This document shows, one piece after another, positions 40,423 through 48,777 of a stretch of 64,000 bases of DNA. A program made the translations under genes and the position numbers. A model generated the notes under the pieces. It was not told the origin of the DNA and made no database searches. It was given only the letters and a program-made list of their open reading frames with translations. The stretch comes from Candidatus Dojkabacteria bacterium (GTDB lineage Bacteria; Patescibacteriota; Dojkabacteria; SC72). Each line of letters starts with the position of its first letter. Within the stretch, counting starts at the first letter, position 1. The stretch spans positions 10,979 through 74,978 of the forward strand of contig DUTP01000006.1 of the NCBI GenBank assembly GCA_012842045.1, written 5' to 3'.

Positions 40423-41445
40423 ATGTTTAATGAAATGACAGATAAAAAAGAAAACGAAAACTCTTTAGATTCATATACTCTTGATGAACTCAAAAGTGTT
40501 AGTTTGCCCACAAACTTAGCACTACATGCTCATCCTATCCAAGTAGAAGAAGGGAAGAGTGAGTACTCTAAGACAATGGAGAATCTAGGAGAAGTTGTTA
40601 GTGAGTTAAATCGAAGATTGGGTGATGAAAAATGTGCATTTGGAGGTAGCATGGCTATGTATCTTCTTTGGAATAATCTAATGAAAGAAGATAGTAGCAT
40701 TGATATAAAAGACAGATTAAATGAAAGAATAAGGGGAGGAAAGAATGATTATGACTTAATGCTTGAGTCTGGGAGGAAGAATAGTGTAATGGAGAAATTG
40801 GGATTTAAGGATTCTGATATGAAGTTAGAAAGAGGACTTGTTGCTAATCATATGGTAGACATTCTCCATCGTCCAGAGAAGAGAAGTTTCCCAAACGAGA
40901 AGATTATCATAAAAGAACAAGAGTTCTATGTCCAAAATCCTTACGATAGTTTGTTTGAAAAACTAACTGCTCTTGCATATCCTCAGATTGATGATTCAGG
41001 TAATGAAAGACCGAAAGAATTAAAATGGGGTGTAGATGCAAAGTTATACAAATTGTATTTACAGCTTTCTGATAAAATAAGTGAAGATGAATTGAATGAA
41101 AAGCTTGCAGAATTATGGCCAAAGTATAAGGAGGAAACAAGAGAAGTTAGAGCAAAAGAAACAGCATTGGAAATGGACTCAGGGAAGAGTGCAAAAGATA
41201 TAATTGCAAATATGTTTAAAATGCCTTTCTCTTCTGATGAGGAGTTGATATTAAAAGCTCAAGAATTGTATCCAAATGTACCAACAGATTTAATTGTTGA
41301 TTTGATAGGTTCTGTGGATAAGGAATCTTTTGTTGAGAACATAATGAGGGTGTTTAAGATTATGGATAAAGAATCAGATTCTTACTCAGAGATGCATAGT
41401 AAGGCAGAGGAGAATTATAGTGTGATTTCGTTGGAGGAAAATTAG
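40423..41445 (+). CDS. Putative Pol-beta-fold nucleotidyltransferase (AbiEii/MenT-like), function unknown
   Basis: AFGGSMA followed by NDYDL (DxD), a third acidic residue in VDI, and FEKLTA...WGVD helical region. ATG 40423 lies 5 nt after TATAAT. Confidence 0.55.
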   Translation: MFNEMTDKKENENSLDSYTLDELKSVSLPTNLALHAHPIQVEEGKSEYSKTMENLGEVVSELNRRLGDEKCAFGGSMAMYLLWNNLMKEDSSIDIKDRLNERIRGGKNDYDLMLESGRKNSVMEKLGFKDSDMKLERGLVANHMVDILHRPEKRSFPNEKIIIKEQEFYVQNPYDSLFEKLTALAYPQIDDSGNERPKELKWGVDAKLYKLYLQLSDKISEDELNEKLAELWPKYKEETREVRAKETALEMDSGKSAKDIIANMFKMPFSSDEELILKAQELYPNVPTDLIVDLIGSVDKESFVENIMRVFKIMDKESDSYSEMHSKAEENYSVISLEEN

Positions 41446-41637
41446 TATATCTCGTTTTTTTTGAAGTGTCCGATTTTTGCGGACAGTTTGTGTTTTCAGT
41501 TGTCCGATTTTAACGGACAGCTGTTTTTTTATTAGAAGAGCGATTAATAAGGCATAAAGTTGTCTTTTTAAGTTGGTGATAATTTGTCACCAACTGCATT
41601 GTGTGAACTGTACGATATTTTCGTACATCTCGTTTTT
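41445..41637. repeat. Intergenic array of four palindromes bounded by a 15-bp imperfect direct repeat
   Basis: Units: 41464-41488 AAGTGTCCG-ATTTTTG-CGGACAGTT; 41497-41523 CAGTTGTCCG-ATTTTAA-CGGACAGCTG; 41571-41595 AGTTGGTGA-TAATTTG-TCACCAACT; 41606-41630 AACTGTACG-ATATTTT-CGTACATCT. Flanks: GTAyATCTCGTTTTT at 41445 and 41623. Confidence 0.88.
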
Positions 41638-41639
41638 AC

Positions 41640-42671
41640 TTACTCCTTAGATATTTTCGCAATAAAGAAACCCATCATCATCTTGTTAGGAACAATCCTA
41701 ATGGCATTCTTTACTTGCTTATCATAAACATTACCACTCCATTTTCTAATACCAGGTTTAATAAAATCTTCTAACTCTGGCATTGATTTAACAATTTCAT
41801 CTTTAAGTTCAATCTTCTCTACTTTTGCATTTGGGAATGTTTTCAAGAGGTGAGTAAGTACTCCTTCATTCTCTTCCGGCTCTAATGTACAAGTAGAGTA
41901 AACCATATAACTACCATGTTTCAATGTCTTAAAAGCAGAAATAACTAGCTCCTTTTGAATAAACACACTTCTTTTCACCTTATCCATACTCCAGAATCTC
42001 AAAGGCTTAGGACCTTTGAAATATATCAAACCCTCACCACTACATGGAGCATCTAAAAGAACCTTGTCAAAATATACAGGATATTTCTGTCCAAATTCTT
42101 TACCATCACTAAGTGTAACCTTTGCTTTAGCACCGAACTGATCTACAACACTCTGAAGGTCAGAAATCCTGTTCATATCAATATCATTTGCAATTATATT
42201 GGCATTGTTACTTACCATATCAGCAATATGTGTAGTCTTACTACCAGGAGCAGCACACATATCTAATATTTTCTCATTCTTCTTTGGATCTAATATCAAT
42301 GTAGCTAAAATACTAGAAAGATTCTGAATGTAATACTTACCATCATCATACAACTCTGTTTGAGAAACCTCTGCCTTATCCTTATTCATTACAAAATATG
42401 TGTTCTCTGACCAAGGAATCTCCTCAAGCTCATATCCTCTTCCTAGTAGCTCCTTCTTTGTTTCTTCAACATCACCCATTAATGAATTTAACCTAATTGT
42501 TGTAATTGGTCGTTGTGAGAATATCCAAGGCACTTTTCCCTTAGGCACCATCAAAATACTAGCCATTCTTGAAACAAAAACATCATCTTTTGTGTAGAAC
42601 CTATCCCTAATAGGTCTGTGTGTAAAAGCATCTCTTTTCTTTTTGTAACTAGATCGTTTTCTCTTCTTCAT
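41640..42671 (-). CDS. RsmB/NOP2 (RsmF-like) m5C RNA methyltransferase
   Basis: YYIQNLSS, LDMCAAPGSKT, LLDAPCSGEG, VYSTCT..PEENE. Confidence 0.92.
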   Translation of the reverse strand: MKKRKRSSYKKKRDAFTHRPIRDRFYTKDDVFVSRMASILMVPKGKVPWIFSQRPITTIRLNSLMGDVEETKKELLGRGYELEEIPWSENTYFVMNKDKAEVSQTELYDDGKYYIQNLSSILATLILDPKKNEKILDMCAAPGSKTTHIADMVSNNANIIANDIDMNRISDLQSVVDQFGAKAKVTLSDGKEFGQKYPVYFDKVLLDAPCSGEGLIYFKGPKPLRFWSMDKVKRSVFIQKELVISAFKTLKHGSYMVYSTCTLEPEENEGVLTHLLKTFPNAKVEKIELKDEIVKSMPELEDFIKPGIRKWSGNVYDKQVKNAIRIVPNKMMMGFFIAKISKE

Positions 42672-42673
42672 GG

Positions 42674-43411
42674 CTATAGTTCTCCTTTAAGGTATTTAAC
42701 AATACTACCAATTACTAATCCTGTTGTCTCTGTTCTTAATATATTTCCTTTTAACTTAATAAATTCGAAATTTAGTTCTTTAAAAATTTCTAAATCTGAG
42801 ATATCCCATCCTCTCTCTGGACCAATTGCAACTATTACTGGTCTCTCAATATTAGCCTTCTTTAAAATATCTTGTAAATATTTAGCATCATGAACTTCTG
42901 TAGCTAAACAAATTTTTACAGAATCTTTTGGGAAGTTGTAATTAACTAATTCTTTAATTCGTAAGGGTCTCTCAATTATAGTAGGAAATATATTTCTAGA
43001 TTGTTCTGTTGCATCTCTTACTAACTTGTTCCAATATCCAGTATCTTTAATAGCTTTGTTCTTCTTTTTTAGTGAATACTTAGATTCAACAGGTATTATC
43101 TTCTCAATTCCTATCTCTACACTTTTTTCAATGAAGAAGTTAAACTTTGTATCATTACTTAGTGATTGAATAATTGTAATATCAGGGATATGTTCGGATT
43201 CTCTTCCACCTAAATCCTCAATAATTTGTACTTCAACAGAAGCAGGTAGGATATCAGATATTTGTGCAAGGAATCTTCTCTCATATGTCTCTATTTCAAT
43301 GTAGTCTTCTATTTTCAACTTCCCTTCTTCAATGATATTTCTACTATCTGAATCAGAAAGATATGTAATATCTTCAACAGAGAGTTTGTGTTTTACAAAG
43401 AATTTTTGCAT
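42674..43411 (-). CDS. rsmE: 16S rRNA m3U1498 methyltransferase RsmE
   Basis: EKSVEIG, ATEQS, IGPERGW, GNILRTET. Confidence 0.9.
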   Translation of the reverse strand: MQKFFVKHKLSVEDITYLSDSDSRNIIEEGKLKIEDYIEIETYERRFLAQISDILPASVEVQIIEDLGGRESEHIPDITIIQSLSNDTKFNFFIEKSVEIGIEKIIPVESKYSLKKKNKAIKDTGYWNKLVRDATEQSRNIFPTIIERPLRIKELVNYNFPKDSVKICLATEVHDAKYLQDILKKANIERPVIVAIGPERGWDISDLEIFKELNFEFIKLKGNILRTETTGLVIGSIVKYLKGEL

Positions 43412-43553
43412 GTCTAATTATACCTCACTATCACCTGATGTGGTATTGTAACTTTGTTGGTCAGAACTTGACTTCACTAAGATAATCTAGTTATATATTT
43501 ATATAAACAGTAGTATTACTGTTTGTTCAGATTAAATTAAGTTAGTAGAAAAT

Positions 43554-43835
43554 ATGGAAACAATACCACCACTGTTTTGGATGCTAATAGTTACTCTTCT
43601 AACAGGGTTACTGTCTTTCATTCTCTATCAAATAGGGATGTTCATAAAAGAGAGCCGAAATACGTTGAAAAATGTAGATAGTATGGTAAGTGATGCTAAT
43701 TCTATAGTGTCCACAGTAAAGGGGACAGTTGAGGAGGTCAATGATGCGATAATAAAGCCAATAAGAGGCATTGGTGCTGGTATGTCTGCAATTAGTGGTT
43801 TTCTTTCTGGTTTGAGGGGAGATAGGGAAGAATAG
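43554..43835 (+). CDS. Small membrane protein with an amphipathic coiled coil (DUF948-like)
   Basis: N-terminal TM followed by a heptad-like helix; 93 aa. Confidence 0.6.
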   Translation: METIPPLFWMLIVTLLTGLLSFILYQIGMFIKESRNTLKNVDSMVSDANSIVSTVKGTVEEVNDAIIKPIRGIGAGMSAISGFLSGLRGDREE

Positions 43836-43899
43836 AGAATATTCTTTTTTGTGAATAGAGAGATTGTAATATCACCTATTTCTAGGTATCATAGTCTTA

Positions 43900-45915
43900 A
43901 TGAAAGTAGCTTATTTACCTCAGGTAAAAAGAAAGAAGAATATTATCCTAATTATACTTGCGTTAGCACTTCCTCTTTTAGTGTTTGCTGTATATCAGGT
44001 TGTAGAGTGGAGGTCCAGAGCTTCTGGGAATCAGGCGCCAAAGAACGTAGTCATTAGTAGTATTACTCGGAGTCAGTTCGTTATATCATGGACGACAGAT
44101 GGTAAGGCTAACGGTTCTGTAGTTTTACTTGACGATGGTGAGAGAGGTAAAGTGTATGTCGACCAAAGAGGAAGTTCTAAAAGATACTATACTCATCGTG
44201 TAGAACTTTCAAATCTATCTCCAAATACAGTGTACAAGTTTTTAATAAAGTCTGAGAATAAGGAATATGCATCTAGTGAAGGTAAAGAATTAGTTTTTAA
44301 AACTCCAGCTCATACACCTATTCCGACTCCAAAACTTGCGTATGGGAAAATAGACACTACATCAAAAAATGATGTTCTAGTATATATACTTTTGAGTGAT
44401 AAAAGCTCATATCCTGTGTCTACAGTATTATCTAGTACCAATGAATGGACTGTAGATCTCTTTCCTCTTCTAAAGATATTAGGTATGGAGAGAATTGAAG
44501 TTGGAGATGATACAAAATTAACGGTACTTGCTACTGATGGAAGAGGTAGAGGTGGTGTTTTGGAAGGTAGCTTTTCAACACTTTTTCATAGTACTGGAGC
44601 ATTGAAAGAAACATATGTTTTAGGATTAGATGAAGGAAAGGATATATACCCATATATTCCAGCGGAAGCAAAATTGGCAATAGGCTATCCTCCTGCAGAT
44701 GGTACATGTTGGTATTTTGATAGAGGTGTTTGTAAGGAAACAACTAATTGTTCTGTTCCGAAGAGATATTTAACAAAGGAATTGTGTGAGAGTGCTAATC
44801 TAGATGATCCTTATGACCCAGATCCTAGAGATCCTGACCCTTACGATCCGGACCCCAGAGATCCAAATGATCCTTACGATCCAGATTCTAGAGATCCTAA
44901 TGACCCAGATAATCCCGACTATCCTCCTGACTATGAATTTACAAATAGGCAGTATAGGATAATATACAGTCTTAGGTGGACTGATTTAGTACCCACATCA
45001 CAGTCAGAGGGAGGTGTTAGTACTGGAGCAAAGAGTGTAAGGGTGGTGGATATAAGTGACACTGGCTTTACAGTGCTGTGGAGAACAAGAGAGAAAGAAG
45101 AGGGGTATTTGAAATATGGAACTTCTCTTGGAGGATTAAATAATGTTGCATCAGACAGGAGGGATGGTGAACTTGTAAGGGGAGAGCACTATTTGCACAT
45201 AGTTGAAGTGTCTAAGCTTCAACCTGAAACAAAATATTATTTTAACGTTGTATCAGGGAAAGAAACATACACAAATGACGGTGCTGGTTTTACTGCGACA
45301 ACGTTTAAAACGATAGACAAGGCAGGTAATTTCTTCAGTTTAATAGGGGAACTAACTGGTATGCCAGAACATAAAGAAGTGATATTAATCTCTCATATAA
45401 AGGATGGTGATAACAAAGGTACTAAAGGAACAAGTACATCTGTTTCCTCTCTTGTGAATGAGGATGGAAGCTGGGGGATAACAATCTCAAATATGAGGAC
45501 TGAGGATGGAAGTGACTACTTTAAACATACGGTAGGTGATGATTTAATAATCGAACCATATACAACTTTTAGTTCAGCACAAGAAAAGATAAGTATGGAC
45601 GGAATAGATTTGAAAGATATTGTAATAGGCTTAGAAGAAGGTGATTCTCCAAAATCAATAAAGAAAGTATTAGCACCAAGATTGCAAAACTATGGAATAA
45701 CAGGTTCTGCTCAACCTCTTGCTCCTACATCTGGGTCTCCAGAGTCGAGTGGGAATTCTGACACATACTCTGGTGAAACTCCAAACACAGGAGTTTTAGA
45801 TTCTTTCTGGGGTGTTTTGCTTATATCAGTCTCTCTTTTAGGTGGTGGTGTGGTATTATATTTTTCTTTAAGGAAAAAAGATAAAAAGAGTGCTAAAATG
45901 AAAAGCAGTCTTTAA
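43900..45915 (+). CDS. Surface protein with two FN3-like modules, a DP-repeat linker and C-terminal TPNTG-TM signal
   Basis: ISWTTD...THRVELSNLSPNTVYKF and VLWRT...HIVEVSKLQPETKYYF; TPNTG, TM, KKDKK tail. Confidence 0.8.
   Translation: MKVAYLPQVKRKKNIILIILALALPLLVFAVYQVVEWRSRASGNQAPKNVVISSITRSQFVISWTTDGKANGSVVLLDDGERGKVYVDQRGSSKRYYTHRVELSNLSPNTVYKFLIKSENKEYASSEGKELVFKTPAHTPIPTPKLAYGKIDTTSKNDVLVYILLSDKSSYPVSTVLSSTNEWTVDLFPLLKILGMERIEVGDDTKLTVLATDGRGRGGVLEGSFSTLFHSTGALKETYVLGLDEGKDIYPYIPAEAKLAIGYPPADGTCWYFDRGVCKETTNCSVPKRYLTKELCESANLDDPYDPDPRDPDPYDPDPRDPNDPYDPDSRDPNDPDNPDYPPDYEFTNRQYRIIYSLRWTDLVPTSQSEGGVSTGAKSVRVVDISDTGFTVLWRTREKEEGYLKYGTSLGGLNNVASDRRDGELVRGEHYLHIVEVSKLQPETKYYFNVVSGKETYTNDGAGFTATTFKTIDKAGNFFSLIGELTGMPEHKEVILISHIKDGDNKGTKGTSTSVSSLVNEDGSWGITISNMRTEDGSDYFKHTVGDDLIIEPYTTFSSAQEKISMDGIDLKDIVIGLEEGDSPKSIKKVLAPRLQNYGITGSAQPLAPTSGSPESSGNSDTYSGETPNTGVLDSFWGVLLISVSLLGGGVVLYFSLRKKDKKSAKMKSSL
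44803..44934 (+). repeat. Coding low-complexity tandem repeat (DPYDPDPRDP)n
   Basis: DDPYDPDPRDPDPYDPDPRDPNDPYDPDSRDPNDPDNPDYPPDY, with synonymous variation between units. Confidence 0.85.
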
Positions 45916-45940
45916 TTAATTGAATATAATTAGAGGATAA

Positions 45941-47398
45941 ATGAATAAAGGAAGAAAAAATAAAAAAGCATTGATACTTCTAATAGTCTTGTGCCTTTTT
46001 TCATTTTTTGTTGTAAAAGCTACAAAAAAGATGGAAAGAGATTTAGAGCCGAAAAAGGAAATAACAAGTGAAGTTTTGGAGTGTTCTACATGTGGGGAAT
46101 CTAGTAGTTTAGAAGAAAACTTGGAAGAGGATTTAACAGAAAATATTTTGTTAGTAGATAAAGCGGATACAATTGATATTACAGATATGGTATTGGGTAC
46201 GGATTCGGGTGGGGGGAGAATCTCTTGTAGGGGCTTAGAAAAAAACCCCTCTCTTAAATCCTTAAGGTATGTGTGTTCTACTGAGAATGCAGGTAATGTG
46301 TCGTTTATTCTTCCTCCTGAAATTAGAGATTCTGGGGGAGCAGCTGTACTGACTAGGGGGTTGACAGAATTTAAGATTACGAAAATAACCTATCCTCTCG
46401 CTTTTGGTCTTGGTCAATATAGGTATATAGATAGTAACAAACAGATTAGGAAAAAATCTCCTGATTATAGGTCCAATGGTCAGCAAATAGATACAGCATA
46501 TGTGTCGAAAACATTGGCACCTAATGAAGTAGATGACTTTGAAGAAAATATTTCTGGTACTGTTAAAAAAGCTTTTGAAGTAGAGGCTAAAGTTGATCTT
46601 AAATCAACAGCTAATACAAAGGATGAAAGTGGAAATTCTAGAATGTATATTGTTGAGAATATCGAAGGAGATCCTGAGTGTATGTTTAAAGATCAAAAAT
46701 GCTCAACTATACCTGAATTTGCAGTTTCAGATTACAACATCGGGAAATCGAATCGTATAGCTTACTATGCTGGCTATGACAGTGGGCAAATTCCTGGTGG
46801 TGATGAGATACTAAATGAAATTGATATGGATGATGTTCCTGTAGAGAAGGAGTGTTTAGTTGAAGGAGAAGACTACAAGGCAATAAGTAAAGGTAAAAAA
46901 ATTCTTTGCAACGATACTGCTTTATCTGTTCTTTGGGCTACTTTTAAGGAGTCTTTTTCTTCTAGTGAGATTGAAGCTTGTCGTCCAATGGGTTATTGTG
47001 AAAGAGCAAAAAAGGTTGCGATAAAGATGACTCCTATATTTGGCGAACCAGATGAATGTACAAAAGACTTATGTGCAAATGCATTTCTCTCTCAAACATA
47101 TAGGCAAACGCTTTCTCCTGCAGAATCTATAGAGACGAGTACAGTAAATCCTGATAAACGAAAAAGTATAATGTTTTTTGTTGCTACAGATTGCTCAGTT
47201 TTGGTGGATTTAAAGACTGTAGATGTATATTGTCTTTGGGATGCATCTCCAACACTTTTAAACTATAATCTACAAGCAAAGGACAAGTCTCCTAATCAGG
47301 AAGACTTTCCTTGGAACTTTAATCGTTATTGGGCTAGTGTGTCAGGAGCAATAAACTGGTCTGATGAGAATGGTTATAAAATAGGAAACGAACATTAA
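45941..47398 (+). CDS. Cys-rich membrane-anchored hypothetical protein
   Basis: 485 aa, N-terminal TM, ~15 Cys, MVLGT motif. Confidence 0.7.
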   Translation: MNKGRKNKKALILLIVLCLFSFFVVKATKKMERDLEPKKEITSEVLECSTCGESSSLEENLEEDLTENILLVDKADTIDITDMVLGTDSGGGRISCRGLEKNPSLKSLRYVCSTENAGNVSFILPPEIRDSGGAAVLTRGLTEFKITKITYPLAFGLGQYRYIDSNKQIRKKSPDYRSNGQQIDTAYVSKTLAPNEVDDFEENISGTVKKAFEVEAKVDLKSTANTKDESGNSRMYIVENIEGDPECMFKDQKCSTIPEFAVSDYNIGKSNRIAYYAGYDSGQIPGGDEILNEIDMDDVPVEKECLVEGEDYKAISKGKKILCNDTALSVLWATFKESFSSSEIEACRPMGYCERAKKVAIKMTPIFGEPDECTKDLCANAFLSQTYRQTLSPAESIETSTVNPDKRKSIMFFVATDCSVLVDLKTVDVYCLWDASPTLLNYNLQAKDKSPNQEDFPWNFNRYWASVSGAINWSDENGYKIGNEH

Positions 47399-47414
47399 AT
47401 TAATATCTTTTAAA

Positions 47415-48746
47415 ATGAAAAAAACATTAAACATTCTTCTCTTTATAATTCTTCTCTTTGCTTTTTCTCCATTTGCAATATTTGCTCAAGAAGAAGAGGA
47501 AGCTGAAGAAAGTGAAAAGATAGATAAAAATATAGTATATATGGAATCTGTAGAACTCTCAGACACTCTTAGTGAGAACGAAACAAAAGCAGAAAATGTA
47601 GAGAGAGGTTCCATGAAAACTATAGCAGGGATGTCTCTGAGTCTCTTTATGTCGGCTTGTCCAGATTGTTTCGAAGGAGAACTACCAGAAGAATTAGAAG
47701 GGAGAGGTTTAACAAATATAGTAGATGGGCAAATAGCTAAACTGTTTAATAATCAACCGCGAGTAGATCTAGTTGCTCACCTAGCAGATGAATGGGTGCC
47801 AGGGTACAAGCATGTAGGTGATAGTGTATATGCAGGTGGTTTTGGTGACTTAGAAGAAACAAAGATAGCAGGTCTTTGGACTAAAACTAGAAATATAGCG
47901 TATCTTGGTTATGTGGTAATTATGATTATTGTAGGCTTTATGATAATGTTCAGAAACAAGATAGGAGGACAGGTAATGGTTACAGTTAGTAACTCCATTC
48001 CTAGGATTGTTGTTTCCCTCATTCTGGTTACATTTAGTTTTGGGATAATCGGGTTGATTATAGACTTTGGTGGTGTAGTAAGATCCATTATTGATAGTAT
48101 TTACTTTGGTGGAGAGTCAGGTATAGATGTTCATAATCCTTTCTTTCTAGTAGGAGGGTTTCTTGGGAGAAATGAAGGTACAGCAATAACCAGTGCTTTG
48201 GGAATTGCTGGTATAGTTATTATGATTGTTAAAACCTTCAACCCTCTTGGTCTCTTGTTATCACTTATGGGGCTAGTCGTTCTATGTGTAGTACTTTGGG
48301 GTGCTATAAAACTTTGGATAACACTCCTAAAATCTTACTTTGGAATGCTAATTAATATTGTAACAGCTCCACTTGCGATTCTTTTTGGTTCTTTACCAGG
48401 CAATGAGGCTTCTTTGTTTAATGTATTTAAATCTGCTCTTAGAAATGTTCTTGCATTTCCACTTGCTTATGCCATTGTTAATCTTCCATATGTATTAGAA
48501 GATCAAGGTGTCGTATTGTCTTTTCCTGAAACTTTAGTCCATGCATCGACAGATGATACAACTTTCCTACCTAATCTCTTAATTGAGATAGCCAAAGTAA
48601 TGGCAATATATGCAGCAGCTGCAGCTCCAGAAATATTAAAAGCAATTATCCCTGCTACAGGATCTAAAGCAGGAGAGGAGATTGGCAAAGCATTGAAGGA
48701 GAATGTGTCGAAAACACCGTTAATAGGGGGACTATTTAAGTCTTAG
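47415..48746 (+). CDS. Polytopic membrane protein, VirB6/TrbL-like (CPR type)
   Basis: Signal peptide, then W...RNIAY...IVGFMIMFR...SIPRIVVSLILVTFSF.I.GLIID and a later APLAILFGSLPG; 6-8 TMs. Confidence 0.6.
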   Translation: MKKTLNILLFIILLFAFSPFAIFAQEEEEAEESEKIDKNIVYMESVELSDTLSENETKAENVERGSMKTIAGMSLSLFMSACPDCFEGELPEELEGRGLTNIVDGQIAKLFNNQPRVDLVAHLADEWVPGYKHVGDSVYAGGFGDLEETKIAGLWTKTRNIAYLGYVVIMIIVGFMIMFRNKIGGQVMVTVSNSIPRIVVSLILVTFSFGIIGLIIDFGGVVRSIIDSIYFGGESGIDVHNPFFLVGGFLGRNEGTAITSALGIAGIVIMIVKTFNPLGLLLSLMGLVVLCVVLWGAIKLWITLLKSYFGMLINIVTAPLAILFGSLPGNEASLFNVFKSALRNVLAFPLAYAIVNLPYVLEDQGVVLSFPETLVHASTDDTTFLPNLLIEIAKVMAIYAAAAAPEILKAIIPATGSKAGEEIGKALKENVSKTPLIGGLFKS

Positions 48747-48777
48747 TTTAGGTTATAAAAACATTTAGGGAAACAAT

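Noticed and set aside
41445-41637. Palindrome array as a CRISPR array or integron attC sites
   Set aside because: The units differ in sequence and spacing is irregular. No cas or intI gene is in the window, and no RYYYAAC/GTTRRRY attC ends were recognised.
43851-44057. 68-aa + strand ORF overlapping the FN3 gene start
   Set aside because: Out-of-frame overlap with a well-supported gene, non-ATG start and no motif.
44803-44934. GATCC-rich repeats as a CRISPR or non-coding array
   Set aside because: They are in frame within a CDS and vary at synonymous positions.
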